Assembly (NCBI GenBank): GCA_041941765.1
Contig: CP145869.1
Coordinates: 330,001 to 362,000, forward strand
Direction of reading: 5' to 3'
DNA from: Candidatus Saccharimonadota bacterium
Lineage (GTDB): Bacteria; Pseudomonadota; Gammaproteobacteria; Enterobacterales; Enterobacteriaceae
DNA length: 32,000 nucleotides
Position numbers and translations under genes: made by a program. Positions 1 through 10,230 of the stretch are shown piece by piece. Each line of letters opens with the position of its first letter. The stretch's first letter is position 1. The notes under the pieces were generated by a model that worked only from the letters and a program-made list of their open reading frames with translations, was not told where the DNA came from and did not search any database.

Positions 1-597
1 CATTTGAGCTTCTTGTTTATAAAAAGAAATTAAAGGAATCATTTGCTTATGATATTCTTTTAAACGTTTATGTATTATATTTTCATGATCATCAAATCGA
101 TGATAAAGCTTTTCACCCGTGAGATCATCTTTATCCTTTATTTTTGGAGGATAAAATTTAGTATGATAAATTCTTCCTGAAGACAAGTGTATTCTACGTC
201 CAAGAAGACGTTCAACTAGAATATTATCAGATACAACTAATTCTAAAAAATAATCCAATTTAATACCTGATTTTTTCAATGCTTGTGCTTGTAATATAGT
301 TCTTGGAAAACCATCTAATAAAAATCCTTTCTTACAATCTGTATGAGATAAACGTTTTATAATTAAATTGATTACCAGTTTATCATTAACTAAATTTCCT
401 ATAGACATAGATTGATAAATTTTTTTACTGATATCATTATCTTCTAATTTAGCATAAGTACGTAAAATATTACTAGTAGAAATAATTGGAATACTATATT
501 TATTACTAATAAATTGTGCTTGAGTACCTTTTCCACTTCCTGGAGCGCCAATTAAAATTATACTTTTTTGGTAACCATTCGACATTTTACTACTCAT
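1..597 (-). CDS. adk: adenylate kinase; the C-terminal ~20 codons run off the left edge of the window
   Basis: Reverse-strand translation gives MSSKMSNGYQKSIILIGAPGSGKGTQAQFI ... LLDGFPRT ... EYHKQMIPLISFYKQEAQM. This contains the Adk P-loop and is collinear with E. coli Adk. The first in-frame ATG is at 597, with an AAGAG motif 10 nt upstream. An alternative ATG lies at 585. The frame stays open to position 1. Confidence 0.9.
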   Translation of the reverse strand, partial: MSSKMSNGYQKSIILIGAPGSGKGTQAQFISNKYSIPIISTSNILRTYAKLEDNDISKKIYQSMSIGNLVNDKLVINLIIKRLSHTDCKKGFLLDGFPRTILQAQALKKSGIKLDYFLELVVSDNILVERLLGRRIHLSSGRIYHTKFYPPKIKDKDDLTGEKLYHRFDDHENIIHKRLKEYHKQMIPLISFYKQEAQM

Positions 598-612
598 AAA
601 TAAATTACTCTT

Positions 613-2484
613 TTAAAGAATACTTGATTTGATAATTAAATTATTAACGCGACGAATAAACTTACTTGGATCTTCTAAAGAACCCATTTCAACAAGTAAA
701 GCTTGATCTAATAATAATTCAATTAAATCTACAAATAATGTATCATTTGTAATTTCTATAGCTTTTTTTATTAATGGATGTTTGGGATTTAATTCAAGAA
801 TATATCTTATTTCTGGAACTTTTTGTCCGGCAGCAGCAAATATTTTTGCCATTTGAGTACTTATATCATTGACTTCTGTAGTTAAAATAGCTGGAGTTTC
901 TAGAAGACGATTAGTAAATCGTACATCTTTTACTCTATTACTTAATACCTTCTTTACTTTTTCTATAAAAGATTTAAACGAGGTTTGATTAGAAATTTTT
1001 AAATCATTCTCATTATTTATAAGCCTATTGAGAGAATCATCAATTTTACTCACTGAATGGAAATATTTTCCTTCAAAAGAAGTTAAATAACTCATCATCC
1101 ATTCATCTATACGATCATATAGTAATAATATTTCAATACCTTTTTTTCGTAATACTTCAAGATGGGGACTACTAGATGCGGCTGTATAACTATCTGCAGT
1201 AAGATAATAAATTTTTTCTTGATTAGGAATCATACGGCTAATATATTCTTTTAATGATACATTTTGAGTTGACTCATTACTATAAGTTGATGAAAAACGC
1301 AGTAATGGCATAATATTTTGAATATTATTACTATCTTCTGCTGGACCCTCTTTTAATACTAAGCCAAAAGTATTCCAAAATTGATGATATTTCTTAGAAT
1401 CATCCATAAGTTTTTGTAGGATTTGGAATATTCGTTTAGTTAATGAAGTACGTAATTTTTGTACAATACGATTATTTTGTAACATTTCACGAGAAATATT
1501 TAACGGAAGATTATTACAATCTATTAACCCCTGAATAAATCTTAAATAATTAGGTATTAAAGTATTGAAATCATCTGTAATAAAAATACGTTGAACATAC
1601 AATTTTAAACGATTTTTATAATCTCTATTCCATAAAGTTAATGGAGCATGTGAAGGAATATAAAGCAAACTAATGTATTCTTGTTGGCCTTCTACTCTAT
1701 TATGACTCCAGATTATTGGATCATGCAAATCATGAGTAAGATATTTGTAAAACTCTTTATATTCATTTTCTCTAATTTCTGATTTATTTCTTATCCATAA
1801 GGCTTGTACTTGATTTACTCTTTTCCAACAATTCTCTTGTGTGTTAATAGATTTCATTTCTATTGGTAAATTAATAAAATCTGAATATTTACTAATAATC
1901 TTACGTAAGTGCGACGAATCTAAAAATTCATCTTCACCCTTACGTACATGAAGTGTAATTTCAGTTCCTCGATTAGGTTTGGTAATATTAGCAAGTGTAT
2001 AACTTCCCTCTCCAGTAGATTCCCAGAATACTGCTTCATCAACTGGAGTTCCTGCCGCACGAGTACGTATAGTTACTTTATCAGCTATCATGAAGACTGA
2101 ATAAAATCCTACTCCAAATTGTCCAATTAAATTATTAAATTTAGAATCTTTAGTTTGAAGAGATTCAAGAAATGATTTAGTTCCAGATTTTGCAATAGTT
2201 CCTAAATTTTCAATTACTTCCTTTTTACACATTCCAATTGCATTATCATCTATTATTAATAGACGTTTATCTTTATTAATAGAAATTCTTACATGTATAT
2301 CTTGATCATTTTCATACATATTTGGTGTAGATAATGCTTTAAAACGTAATTTATCAGCTGCATCTGAAGCATTAGAGATTAATTCTCTTAAAAAAATTTC
2401 TTTATTTGAATAAAGAGAATGAATCATTAAATTTAACAGTTGTTTTACTTCGGATTGAAAGGTTCTTGTTTCTTGTGCTTTCAT
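613..2484 (-). CDS. htpG: Hsp90-family molecular chaperone HtpG
   Basis: 623-aa ORF. The N-terminus [42 protein letters not shown] is nearly identical to E. coli HtpG, and the ORF is collinear with it over its full length. Confidence 0.97.
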   Translation of the reverse strand: MKAQETRTFQSEVKQLLNLMIHSLYSNKEIFLRELISNASDAADKLRFKALSTPNMYENDQDIHVRISINKDKRLLIIDDNAIGMCKKEVIENLGTIAKSGTKSFLESLQTKDSKFNNLIGQFGVGFYSVFMIADKVTIRTRAAGTPVDEAVFWESTGEGSYTLANITKPNRGTEITLHVRKGEDEFLDSSHLRKIISKYSDFINLPIEMKSINTQENCWKRVNQVQALWIRNKSEIRENEYKEFYKYLTHDLHDPIIWSHNRVEGQQEYISLLYIPSHAPLTLWNRDYKNRLKLYVQRIFITDDFNTLIPNYLRFIQGLIDCNNLPLNISREMLQNNRIVQKLRTSLTKRIFQILQKLMDDSKKYHQFWNTFGLVLKEGPAEDSNNIQNIMPLLRFSSTYSNESTQNVSLKEYISRMIPNQEKIYYLTADSYTAASSSPHLEVLRKKGIEILLLYDRIDEWMMSYLTSFEGKYFHSVSKIDDSLNRLINNENDLKISNQTSFKSFIEKVKKVLSNRVKDVRFTNRLLETPAILTTEVNDISTQMAKIFAAAGQKVPEIRYILELNPKHPLIKKAIEITNDTLFVDLIELLLDQALLVEMGSLEDPSKFIRRVNNLIIKSSIL

Positions 2485-2653
2485 AAATTGACTTACCTAT
2501 TATTCATCAATAAGATTAAAAACTATAAGAGGTTTTGATTTATTTTATTAATATATATTTTTTAATACATTATTTATCATACATTTTAAAGTACGTTCCT
2601 TATTATTATCAATATAAAAATATTGCTGTTAATGTTAAGAACTATTTGTAAAA

Positions 2654-2953
2654 TTATATAGTTAAATTACACGATGACATTTTATCTTTATAAACTTCAT
2701 TAATACGACGTACAGCATCATTAAAAGCTGCTGCAATAAGATCTTGTAAAATTTCAATTTTATCATTTATTAAATTAGGATGGATTCTTATATTATGACA
2801 ATTATATTTTCCATCAATAATGATTGAAACAAGACCAGCACCTGATTCTCCTTTAAATTGTAATTCCGAGATTTCTTTCTGAATTTCTTGCATTTGGTTT
2901 TGCATATTTTGGGCTTGTTTAATTAACTTTTCTAAATCAGTTGTTTTTAACAT
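2654..2953 (-). CDS. ybaB: nucleoid-associated protein YbaB/EbfC
   Basis: 99-aa ORF containing GESGAGLV ... LIAAAFNDAVRRI, which matches E. coli YbaB. It sits in the conserved position downstream of dnaX. Confidence 0.93.
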   Translation of the reverse strand: MLKTTDLEKLIKQAQNMQNQMQEIQKEISELQFKGESGAGLVSIIIDGKYNCHNIRIHPNLINDKIEILQDLIAAAFNDAVRRINEVYKDKMSSCNLTI

Positions 2954-3406
2954 AATCTTATTTATCTCTAATAGTAAATTGTTTAAATAAATTAATTTTA
3001 AAATATTGAGTCTATAACCATCGCATTAAAAAATTACATATGGATTATATTTATTTTAATAAAAACACTAATTCATGCTTCATAGCGTAGAGTATTAGTT
3101 TTTAATAAAAATCGTACTAAAAAAAATACTTGTTGATTCGATCTACAAATGTATTTTATGCATTCCTTATGTTTGCCCCAACATTTTCGTTTCATATTAT
3201 AATCTTAATAAGGAAGACAAGAAAATTGGAATTTTTGGCCATTGATTGGTTTTAATATCCTCATTAATAATAAGGAAAAATTAGTATTTTTAAGGTCAAT
3301 AACGCATGTAGTTTAATCAGTTCTTTTTTTTCTATTATATAAATTAATTGGTTTTATAAAAATTACATTAATAACTAACTAATAATTTTATTAGATTCAA
3401 AGTAAG

Positions 3407-4513
3407 TTATTTGACTTTTTGTTGATAACTAAAAGCAAGAGCTCGTAAAATTGTCATCTCTACTCCTATTTTTTGAGTAGGTGCTAGGGATAATTCTTTT
3501 CTTCCTTTTATTATTAGTTGATAATACTTTTGTATCATTTCTAATGAGATTGTTTGTGCTAATTTTTTTAAACGTTCTAAAATATTTTTCTTAATTATAA
3601 AAGATTGTTCTTTTTGTAACCATTGCATTCTAGCAATATAATAGAGCATTTTTAATAGATCTATTAATAAAATTTCCCAATCTATAGTAGTTATTAGATT
3701 AAACTGATTTAATAAATTTATAACTTGATTAGAATTGATATGTATAATAGATTCTAATAACTCTAATATTTGTTCTTCATTTAAACTTCCAAGCATAGTG
3801 TGAATTAAATTTAGATAAATCTTTCCATTTCCTAAAATTATTGCTTGTTCTGCAATAGTTAAAGCATCTCTCATGCTACCATTAGCCATTTTAGAAATTA
3901 ATTCTAATGCATCTAATTCAAAATCAACCTTTTCTTTTTTTAAAATAGATTGTAAGTGTAAAAAAATAATACCTTCATCTAATGTTCTTAAATGAAAATG
4001 TAAACAACGTGATAAAATCGTCAGAGGTATTTTATCAAGATCGGTAGTTGCTAGTAAAAATTTGACATAGTTAGGTGGTTCTTCAAGAGTTTTTAATAAA
4101 GCATTAAAACTATGCTTTGATAACATATGAATTTCATCAATCAAATATACTTTATAACGACCTTTCACTGGTACATATTGAACGTTATTTATTAATTCAC
4201 GGATTTCTTCAATTCTAGTACGCGAAGCCGCATCTACTTCAATAACATCAATAAAATTGCCGTTCATAATTTCTTGACAAGGTATACATTGTCCACATGG
4301 TTCAGCCGTAATATTTACTTCGCAATTCATTCCTTTTGCAAATAAACGTGCAATAGTGGTTTTTCCAATTCCACGTGTTCCAGAAAATAAATAAGCATGA
4401 TGAATTTTTTTTGATTTCAGAGTATTAATTAAAGCCATAATAGGAATCTCTTGACCCATTAGATTTGAAAAAGATTGTGGTCTCCATTTTCGGGCTAATA
4501 CTTCATAATCCAT
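3407..4513 (-). CDS. dnaX: DNA polymerase III clamp-loader subunit DnaX, short form (domains I-III only)
   Basis: 368-aa ORF. It has MDYEVLARKWRPQSF, the Walker A motif GTRGIGKTT, the zinc module CGQCIPC, and SRC. It ends at ILRALAFSYQQKVK, which aligns with E. coli LLRALAFHP at the end of domain III. Confidence 0.95.
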   Translation of the reverse strand: MDYEVLARKWRPQSFSNLMGQEIPIMALINTLKSKKIHHAYLFSGTRGIGKTTIARLFAKGMNCEVNITAEPCGQCIPCQEIMNGNFIDVIEVDAASRTRIEEIRELINNVQYVPVKGRYKVYLIDEIHMLSKHSFNALLKTLEEPPNYVKFLLATTDLDKIPLTILSRCLHFHLRTLDEGIIFLHLQSILKKEKVDFELDALELISKMANGSMRDALTIAEQAIILGNGKIYLNLIHTMLGSLNEEQILELLESIIHINSNQVINLLNQFNLITTIDWEILLIDLLKMLYYIARMQWLQKEQSFIIKKNILERLKKLAQTISLEMIQKYYQLIIKGRKELSLAPTQKIGVEMTILRALAFSYQQKVK

Positions 4514-4712
4514 TATTAATACACCATTAAAGTTATAGTAGAATTAAAAAAAAACTATTTTATTACATTATTATTCATAATAAAATAATAATTATTATAA
4601 ATAATAAGACAAGTTATTATTCATCGAGAGAAAAACTAATTAAAGATTTTTTAGAGAAGTAAAATAATATAATTAAGTAAAGATATAAAATCTAGAGGAT
4701 GAAGTATTATCA

Positions 4713-5189
4713 ATGAGAAAATTTCCAATGACTTTACAAGGTGCAGAAAAACTACGTAAAGAATTAAATGAATTAAAAATGATTCATCGTCCTAAAATTA
4801 TTGCTTCTATAGCAGAAGCTCGTAAATATGGTGATCTTAAAGAAAATGCTGAATATCATGCAGCTCGTGAACAACAGGCTTTTTATGAATGTCGTATTAA
4901 AGACATTGAACTTCAACTTTCTCATGCAGAAATTATTGATATTACTAAGATTCCTTTTAAGAATAGAATTATATTTGGATCAACTGTCACTCTATTGAAT
5001 CTTAATAATTATAATAAATATACTTATCGTATAGTAGGTGATGATGAAGCTAATTATAAAAACAAACTTATTTCTATTACTTCTCCATTAGCAAGAGGAT
5101 TAATAGGAAAACAAATTCATGATATTATTTCAATTAAGACACCTAGTGGAAATATTAAGTATAAAATATTAAATGTGGAATATATTTAA
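4713..5189 (+). CDS. greA: transcription elongation/cleavage factor GreA
   Basis: 158-aa ORF with [14 protein letters not shown] ... [16 protein letters not shown] ... YRIVGDDEA, collinear with E. coli GreA. Confidence 0.96.
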   Translation: MRKFPMTLQGAEKLRKELNELKMIHRPKIIASIAEARKYGDLKENAEYHAAREQQAFYECRIKDIELQLSHAEIIDITKIPFKNRIIFGSTVTLLNLNNYNKYTYRIVGDDEANYKNKLISITSPLARGLIGKQIHDIISIKTPSGNIKYKILNVEYI

Positions 5190-5218
5190 CATATAATATT
5201 TATAAAGAATTTTTAGAA

Positions 5219-5860
5219 ATGAATCATAAAAAATCTTTTTCTAGATCATGGTGGTTACAAGAACATTTAAATGATAAATATGTAAAGCAAGCTCAAAAAA
5301 TGGGAGTACGATCACGAGCATGGTTTAAATTGGATGAAATACAGAAATCTGATAAGATATTACAACCCGATATGGTTGTAATGGATTTAGGTGCAGCTCC
5401 TGGTAGCTGGTCACAATATGCTAGTAAACAGATTGGATTAAAAGGCCAAATAATTGCTTGTGATATTTTACCTATTAATCCTATTAAAGGTGTAAATTTT
5501 TTACAAGGAGATTGTAGAAGTAAATCTGTTTGTCAAAACTTATTAAGTATGATTAAAAATAAAAAAAAAGTTCAATTAATTATGTCTGATATGTCACCTA
5601 ATTTCAGTGGTATTCATATATCTGATCTTCCTAAAATAATTTTTTTGGCCGAAATAGCATTAAACATATGTAATCTAGGTTTAGATTTTAATGGAAAGTT
5701 TTTGGTAAAAATGTTTTATGGAAAAGGATTTGACCAATATATACAAAAAGTTCGTACCTTATTTAAAAAGGTGAAAATTAGAAAACCAGAAGCTTCACGT
5801 GCACGATCTCGTGAAGTATATATTCTTGCTACAGAGTTTAAAAAAAAATCCTACATATAA
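5219..5860 (+). CDS. rlmE: 23S rRNA U2552 2'-O-methyltransferase RlmE (FtsJ)
   Basis: 213-aa ORF with [16 protein letters not shown], the SAM motif [11 protein letters not shown], and [10 protein letters not shown]. It lies immediately upstream of ftsH, as in E. coli. Confidence 0.95.
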   Translation: MNHKKSFSRSWWLQEHLNDKYVKQAQKMGVRSRAWFKLDEIQKSDKILQPDMVVMDLGAAPGSWSQYASKQIGLKGQIIACDILPINPIKGVNFLQGDCRSKSVCQNLLSMIKNKKKVQLIMSDMSPNFSGIHISDLPKIIFLAEIALNICNLGLDFNGKFLVKMFYGKGFDQYIQKVRTLFKKVKIRKPEASRARSREVYILATEFKKKSYI

Positions 5861-5914
5861 TATGTTGATTAATTATAATTTACTAAATAACAAATAATAG
5901 AAGAGGCTAATTCT

Positions 5915-7774
5915 TTGAATGATATGGGTAAAAATATTGTTTTTTGGATGATTATAGCAATCATTATACTGTCATTATTTCATAATTTTAATTTTAATAA
6001 TACTAACGAAAATCAAGTTGATTATTCTAATTTTATATCAGAGGTCAATCAGGGTAAAATTAAAGAAGTTCATATTAATAAAAGACAAATTAATGTAATT
6101 AGAAAAGATAATCAAAAATATGTTACTTGGATGCCAATTACTGATCCGAAAATGCTTGATAATTTGTTAACAAATGATGTAAAAATTTTTGGTGAACCTC
6201 AAAAAAAAGGACCTAATTTACTTACATCTATTTTTATATCATGGTTTCCTACATTATTCTCTATTGGAGTATGGATATTTTTTCTGCGCCAAATATATGG
6301 GGGTGGGAGAGGAGGACCTATGTCTTTTGGAAGAAGTAAGGCTCGTATGTTAACTGAGAATGAAATTAAAACTACTTTTGCCGATGTGGCAGGATGTGAT
6401 GAAGCAAAAGAAGAGGTAGAAGAATTAGTAGAATATTTACGTCAACCAAGTAGATTTCAAAAACTAGGAGGAAAAATACCTAAGGGTATATTAATGGTAG
6501 GTCCTCCTGGAACGGGTAAAACTTTGTTAGCTAAAGCTATTGCAGGAGAAGCTCAAGTACCATTTTTTACCATCTCGGGTTCAGATTTTGTAGAAATGTT
6601 TGTAGGTGTTGGTGCATCACGTGTACGTGATATGTTCGAACAAGCTAAAAAAAAAGCTCCTTGTATTATTTTTATTGATGAAATAGATGCAGTAGGACGT
6701 CAAAGAGGGGCAGGATTAGGTGGGAGTAATGATGAACGCGAACAAACATTAAATCAGATGTTAGTTGAAATGGATGGTTTTGAAGATAATGAAAGTATTA
6801 TTGTAATTGCTGCAACTAATCGTCCTGATGTTTTGGATCCAGCATTATTAAGACCTGGTAGATTTGATAGGCAAATAATAGTTGAATTACCTGATATACG
6901 AGGAAGAGAAAAAATTTTACAAGTTCATATGCGCCGTGTTCCATTAGCCAAAAATATTGATGCGTTAATTATTGCACGTGGTACTCCAGGATTTTCTGGT
7001 GCAGATTTAGCTAATTTAGTTAATGAAGCAGCATTGTGTGCTGCACGTAATAATCGTAAAGTAGTTTCTATGATAGAATTTGAAAAAGCTAAAGATAAAA
7101 TTGTAATGGGTGCTGAACGTCGTTCTTTTGTAATGACAGAAGCTGAAAAAGAAGCTACTGCGTATCATGAAGCGGGACATGCTATTATTGGACGTTTGGT
7201 TCCCGAACATGATCCGGTTCATAAAGTTACAATTATTCCGAGAGGTAGAGCATTAGGTGTAACGTGTTTTTTACCTGAAGCAGATACTATTAGTACAAGT
7301 AGACAAAAAATAGAAAGTATAATTTCTACTTTATATGGAGGAAGATTAGCTGAAGAAATTATCTATGGAAGAGATCATGTTTCTACGGGTGCATCTAATG
7401 ATATAAAAGTTGCGACTTCTTTGGCACGTAATATGGTTACATTATGGGGCTTTTCTGAAAAATTAGGTCCACTATTATATACAGATAACCAGGAAGAAAT
7501 ATTTTTAGGACGTTCAGTAATTGCTAAAAATAAACGTCTTTCTGATGATACCTCGTACATTATTGATCAAGAAATTAAGTCTATCATTGATAAAAATTAT
7601 CAACGTGCTCGTAAAATATTACACGATAATATAGATATTTTACATGCAATGAAGGATGCATTAATAAAATATGAAACGTTGGATGCATTACAAATAGATG
7701 ATTTAATGAATCGAAAAATAGTACGGATGCCTACATGTTGGTTACATAATAATGATAATCATGATCATAATTAA
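5915..7774 (+). CDS. ftsH: ATP-dependent zinc metalloprotease FtsH
   Basis: 619-aa ORF with Walker A GPPGTGKT, the zinc site HEAGHA, and very high identity to E. coli FtsH. The ORF track starts at TTG 5915, 8 nt after AAGAGG at 5901-5906. The ATG at 5924 (MGKNIVFW) aligns with E. coli MAKNLILW and is an equally plausible start. Confidence 0.96.
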   Translation: MNDMGKNIVFWMIIAIIILSLFHNFNFNNTNENQVDYSNFISEVNQGKIKEVHINKRQINVIRKDNQKYVTWMPITDPKMLDNLLTNDVKIFGEPQKKGPNLLTSIFISWFPTLFSIGVWIFFLRQIYGGGRGGPMSFGRSKARMLTENEIKTTFADVAGCDEAKEEVEELVEYLRQPSRFQKLGGKIPKGILMVGPPGTGKTLLAKAIAGEAQVPFFTISGSDFVEMFVGVGASRVRDMFEQAKKKAPCIIFIDEIDAVGRQRGAGLGGSNDEREQTLNQMLVEMDGFEDNESIIVIAATNRPDVLDPALLRPGRFDRQIIVELPDIRGREKILQVHMRRVPLAKNIDALIIARGTPGFSGADLANLVNEAALCAARNNRKVVSMIEFEKAKDKIVMGAERRSFVMTEAEKEATAYHEAGHAIIGRLVPEHDPVHKVTIIPRGRALGVTCFLPEADTISTSRQKIESIISTLYGGRLAEEIIYGRDHVSTGASNDIKVATSLARNMVTLWGFSEKLGPLLYTDNQEEIFLGRSVIAKNKRLSDDTSYIIDQEIKSIIDKNYQRARKILHDNIDILHAMKDALIKYETLDALQIDDLMNRKIVRMPTCWLHNNDNHDHN

Positions 7775-7881
7775 TATATTAATAAATTGTAATTAACCAT
7801 ATGTAATGATATACTATTTAAATGAGATTTAATTAATTAATCTAAAGTAATAAAATTATAAGATTATTATATAAATACAAT

Positions 7882-8193
7882 ATGTATAATATTATATTAA
7901 CTATTTTCCTCATTGTAGCAATAATATTAATTAGTTTTATTTTAATTCATAAAGGTTATGGTAGTGGAATAGGTACTATGAGTTCAAATTATACTAATGC
8001 ATCAGCTGTATTTTTTGGTTCTCATGGTTCTAAAAATTTTTTGAATCTAATTATTACATTATTAGCTTTTATTTTTATTATTACTACTTTAATACTGGAT
8101 AATTTAATTTATAATACTGATAATCAGTGGTCTAATATTACTCCAACAATTAATAAGATTAATACTCAAAAAGTAGATAAAATTATTATTTGA
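7882..8193 (+). CDS. secG: preprotein translocase subunit SecG
   Basis: 103-aa membrane ORF. MYNIILTIFLIVAIILISFILIHKG and FFGSHGSKNF resemble E. coli SecG. It is followed by tRNA-Leu, as in the E. coli secG-leuU unit. Confidence 0.9.
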   Translation: MYNIILTIFLIVAIILISFILIHKGYGSGIGTMSSNYTNASAVFFGSHGSKNFLNLIITLLAFIFIITTLILDNLIYNTDNQWSNITPTINKINTQKVDKIII

Positions 8194-8224
8194 CCTTTTT
8201 CTTCACCTTAGATTTTTATTAAGT

Positions 8225-8311
8225 GCCGAGGTGGTGAAATTGGTAGACACGCTACCTTGAGGGGGTGGTGCCTTATTAGGTATACGGGTTCAAATCCCGT
8301 CCTCGGTACCA
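8225..8311 (+). tRNA. leuU: tRNA-Leu (anticodon GAG), type II with long variable arm, 3' CCA encoded
   Basis: GCCGAGGTGGTGAAATTGGTAGACACGCTACCTTGAGGGGGTGG...CGGGTTCAAATCCCGTCCTCGGTACCA is nearly identical to E. coli leuU. The anticodon loop is TTGAGGG. The acceptor stem is GCCGAGG/CCTCGGT. Confidence 0.95.
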
Positions 8312-8402
8312 ATTAATATTTTTTTACTTTGATAACCGAACAGTTGAATTATATATATAAATAATAATTATATATATATTTACTAATATATTACTATTTT
8401 GA

Positions 8403-8476
<74 letters not shown>

Positions 8477-8513
8477 CCTATATATATAATAAATCTTTAT
8501 CAAATAAATAAAA

Positions 8514-8537
8514 TTATATGAAACAGTTTTCATATAA
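8514..8537 (+). other. perfect 10-bp AT-rich hairpin (TTATATGAAA-cagt-TTTCATATAA) in the metY-nusA leader
   Basis: Direct reading shows the two arms are exact reverse complements with a 4-nt loop. Confidence 0.5.
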
Positions 8538-8547
8538 TATAGTTATT

Positions 8548-8576
8548 AAAAAACCCGAGACAATCGGGTTTTTTTT
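8548..8576 (+). terminator. rho-independent terminator or attenuator after tRNA-fMet, upstream of nusA
   Basis: The stem is AAACCCGA-gacaa-TCGGGTTT and is extendable through the flanking A6 and T8 runs. It is followed by a T-run. E. coli also has a partial terminator between metY and the nusA operon. Confidence 0.7.
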
Positions 8577-8727
8577 ATTATGTATAAAATTAAAAAAGAT
8601 GAAAAATGATGCCTATTCAATAAAATAATAAATGCATTAATATGTTTAAAAATATCATGAAAACTGAATTACTATTAAGTTTTATTATATTGTATATTAA
8701 AATTATTTATTGACTGAGGCAATGAAG

Positions 8728-10203
8728 ATGAATAAAGATATTTTGGCTGTGGTAGAAGCAGTTTCTAATGAAAAATCACTTCCTTGTGAAAAAGTCTTTG
8801 AAGCATTAGAGAGTGCCTTAGCTACTGTAACTAAGAAAAAATATGATGCTGAGACTAATATTCGTATTAGTATTGATCGAAATACAGGTAATGTTAATGT
8901 ATTTCGTCGTTGGCTCATTGTTGAAAAAGTCATACAACCAACTTGCGAAATGACACTGAAAGCAGCACGTATTGAAAATAGTTTATTAAAACTTGGCGAT
9001 TATATTGAAAAAAAAATAGAGCCAATAATTTTTGATCGTATTACTAGTAAAATTGCAAAACAAGTTATTATACAAAAAGTTCGTGATGCTGAACGAACTT
9101 TTAAAGTGGAACAATTTTTAAAAAGAAAAGGTGAAATTCTTACAGGAGTTGTCAAACAAGTTAATCGTGATTTTTTAAAAATTGATCTAGGTAATAATAC
9201 AGAAGCAATTATTTTCTCTAAAGAGATACTGCCTAAAGAACTTTTTAAGGTCGGGAATCGCATACGAGGAGTATTATATTCAATACATACTGATTCACGG
9301 AGTTCACAATTATTTCTCAGTCGTTCTCGTCCTGAAATGTTATTAGAGTTATTTCGTATTGAAGTTCCAGAAATAGCAGAACAAACAATTGAAATAAAAG
9401 CTATTGCTCGTGATCCAGGATTACGAGCAAAAATAGCAGTCAAAACTAATGATAAAAGAATTGATCCTATAGGAGCTTGTATAGGAATGAGAGGATCGCG
9501 TGTACAATCAATATCTAATGAATTAGGAGGAGAACGTATTGATGTTTTATTATGGGATGAAAATCCTGCACAGTTGGTAATTAATGCAATGGCACCTGCA
9601 GAAGTTAATACTATTGTTGTTGATGAAGATCATCATACAATGGATTTAGCTGTAGATGATAATTTGCTAGCTGTAGCTATTGGTAAAAATGGTCAAAATG
9701 TAAAATTAGCATCTCAACTCAGTGGATGGGAATTAAACATAATGAGTGTTTCAGATTTAAAAGAAAAACATGAAGCAGAAGATCATGCTTCAATTGAACT
9801 TTTTACTAATTATCTAAAAATTGATATAAAAATAGCTAATTTATTAGTAAAAGCAGGATTATCTTCTTTAGAAGAATTAGCTTATATTCCAATAAGTGAA
9901 TTATTAGAATTAGGAGATTTTGATCGAGAAATGTTAAAAACAATACAAAATAAAGCTAAAAATATATTGACACAATTTCCATATAATCAAATTAATAATA
10001 AATCTAGTTTAGCTCATGAATTACTCAAAATTAGGGAATTAAATCCTAGTTTAGCATATAAATTAGTAGAAAAAGGTATTTTTTCATTAGAACACTTAGC
10101 AGAACAAGGTATTGATGATCTTTCTGATATTAAAGGCTTAAATAATGAAAAAGCCGGTCAATTAATTATGGCCGCTCGCAATATCTGTTGGTTTAATAAA
10201 TAA
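8728..10203 (+). CDS. nusA: transcription termination/antitermination factor NusA
   Basis: The ORF track begins at TTG 8710. The ATG at 8728 gives [19 protein letters not shown], matching E. coli [19 protein letters not shown], and sits 8 nt after GAGG at 8716-8719. The S1, KH and C-terminal HhH repeat regions are all collinear with E. coli. Confidence 0.95.
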   Translation: MNKDILAVVEAVSNEKSLPCEKVFEALESALATVTKKKYDAETNIRISIDRNTGNVNVFRRWLIVEKVIQPTCEMTLKAARIENSLLKLGDYIEKKIEPIIFDRITSKIAKQVIIQKVRDAERTFKVEQFLKRKGEILTGVVKQVNRDFLKIDLGNNTEAIIFSKEILPKELFKVGNRIRGVLYSIHTDSRSSQLFLSRSRPEMLLELFRIEVPEIAEQTIEIKAIARDPGLRAKIAVKTNDKRIDPIGACIGMRGSRVQSISNELGGERIDVLLWDENPAQLVINAMAPAEVNTIVVDEDHHTMDLAVDDNLLAVAIGKNGQNVKLASQLSGWELNIMSVSDLKEKHEAEDHASIELFTNYLKIDIKIANLLVKAGLSSLEELAYIPISELLELGDFDREMLKTIQNKAKNILTQFPYNQINNKSSLAHELLKIRELNPSLAYKLVEKGIFSLEHLAEQGIDDLSDIKGLNNEKAGQLIMAARNICWFNK

Positions 10204-10230
10204 ATAACCATCAATGATAAAAGGAATCTC

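Noticed and set aside
2485-2653. Search for a sigma-32 promoter upstream of htpG, and likewise upstream of clpB (24780-24926)
   Set aside because: There is no TTGAAA or CCCCAT-like pair at plausible spacing on the coding strand. Only generic AT-rich sigma-70-like hexamers are present, and these are uninformative in this genome.
3150-3290. Slightly GC-richer patch in the dnaX-ybaB spacer with repeated AAGGA/TTCCTTAT motifs; considered as a possible 4.5S RNA (ffs) or other small RNA
   Set aside because: It does not match the conserved SRP RNA domain IV sequence as I recall it. The inverted repeats are short (8 bp) with very long loops. It is more simply explained as decayed dnaX 3' coding sequence.
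7016-7560. Two minus-strand ORFs (68 aa at 7016-7222 and 61 aa at 7375-7560) from the ORF track
   Set aside because: Both lie entirely antisense within the highly conserved ftsH coding region. Both have a Ser/Phe/Ile/Arg-rich shadow-frame composition. Neither has a Shine-Dalgarno or any recognisable motif.
8340-8400. (TA)n-rich near-palindrome between tRNA-Leu and tRNA-fMet; considered as a repeat element or regulatory palindrome
   Set aside because: It is a simple alternating TA low-complexity sequence. It is self-complementary by composition and has no defined arms.
8703-9443. Minus-strand ORFs of 76 aa (8703-8933) and 147 aa (9000-9443)
   Set aside because: They are antisense to nusA, whose frame is strongly supported by homology. 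Their composition (S/R/I/C-rich, no domains) is typical of open shadow frames opposite a coding frame with RNY-biased codons.
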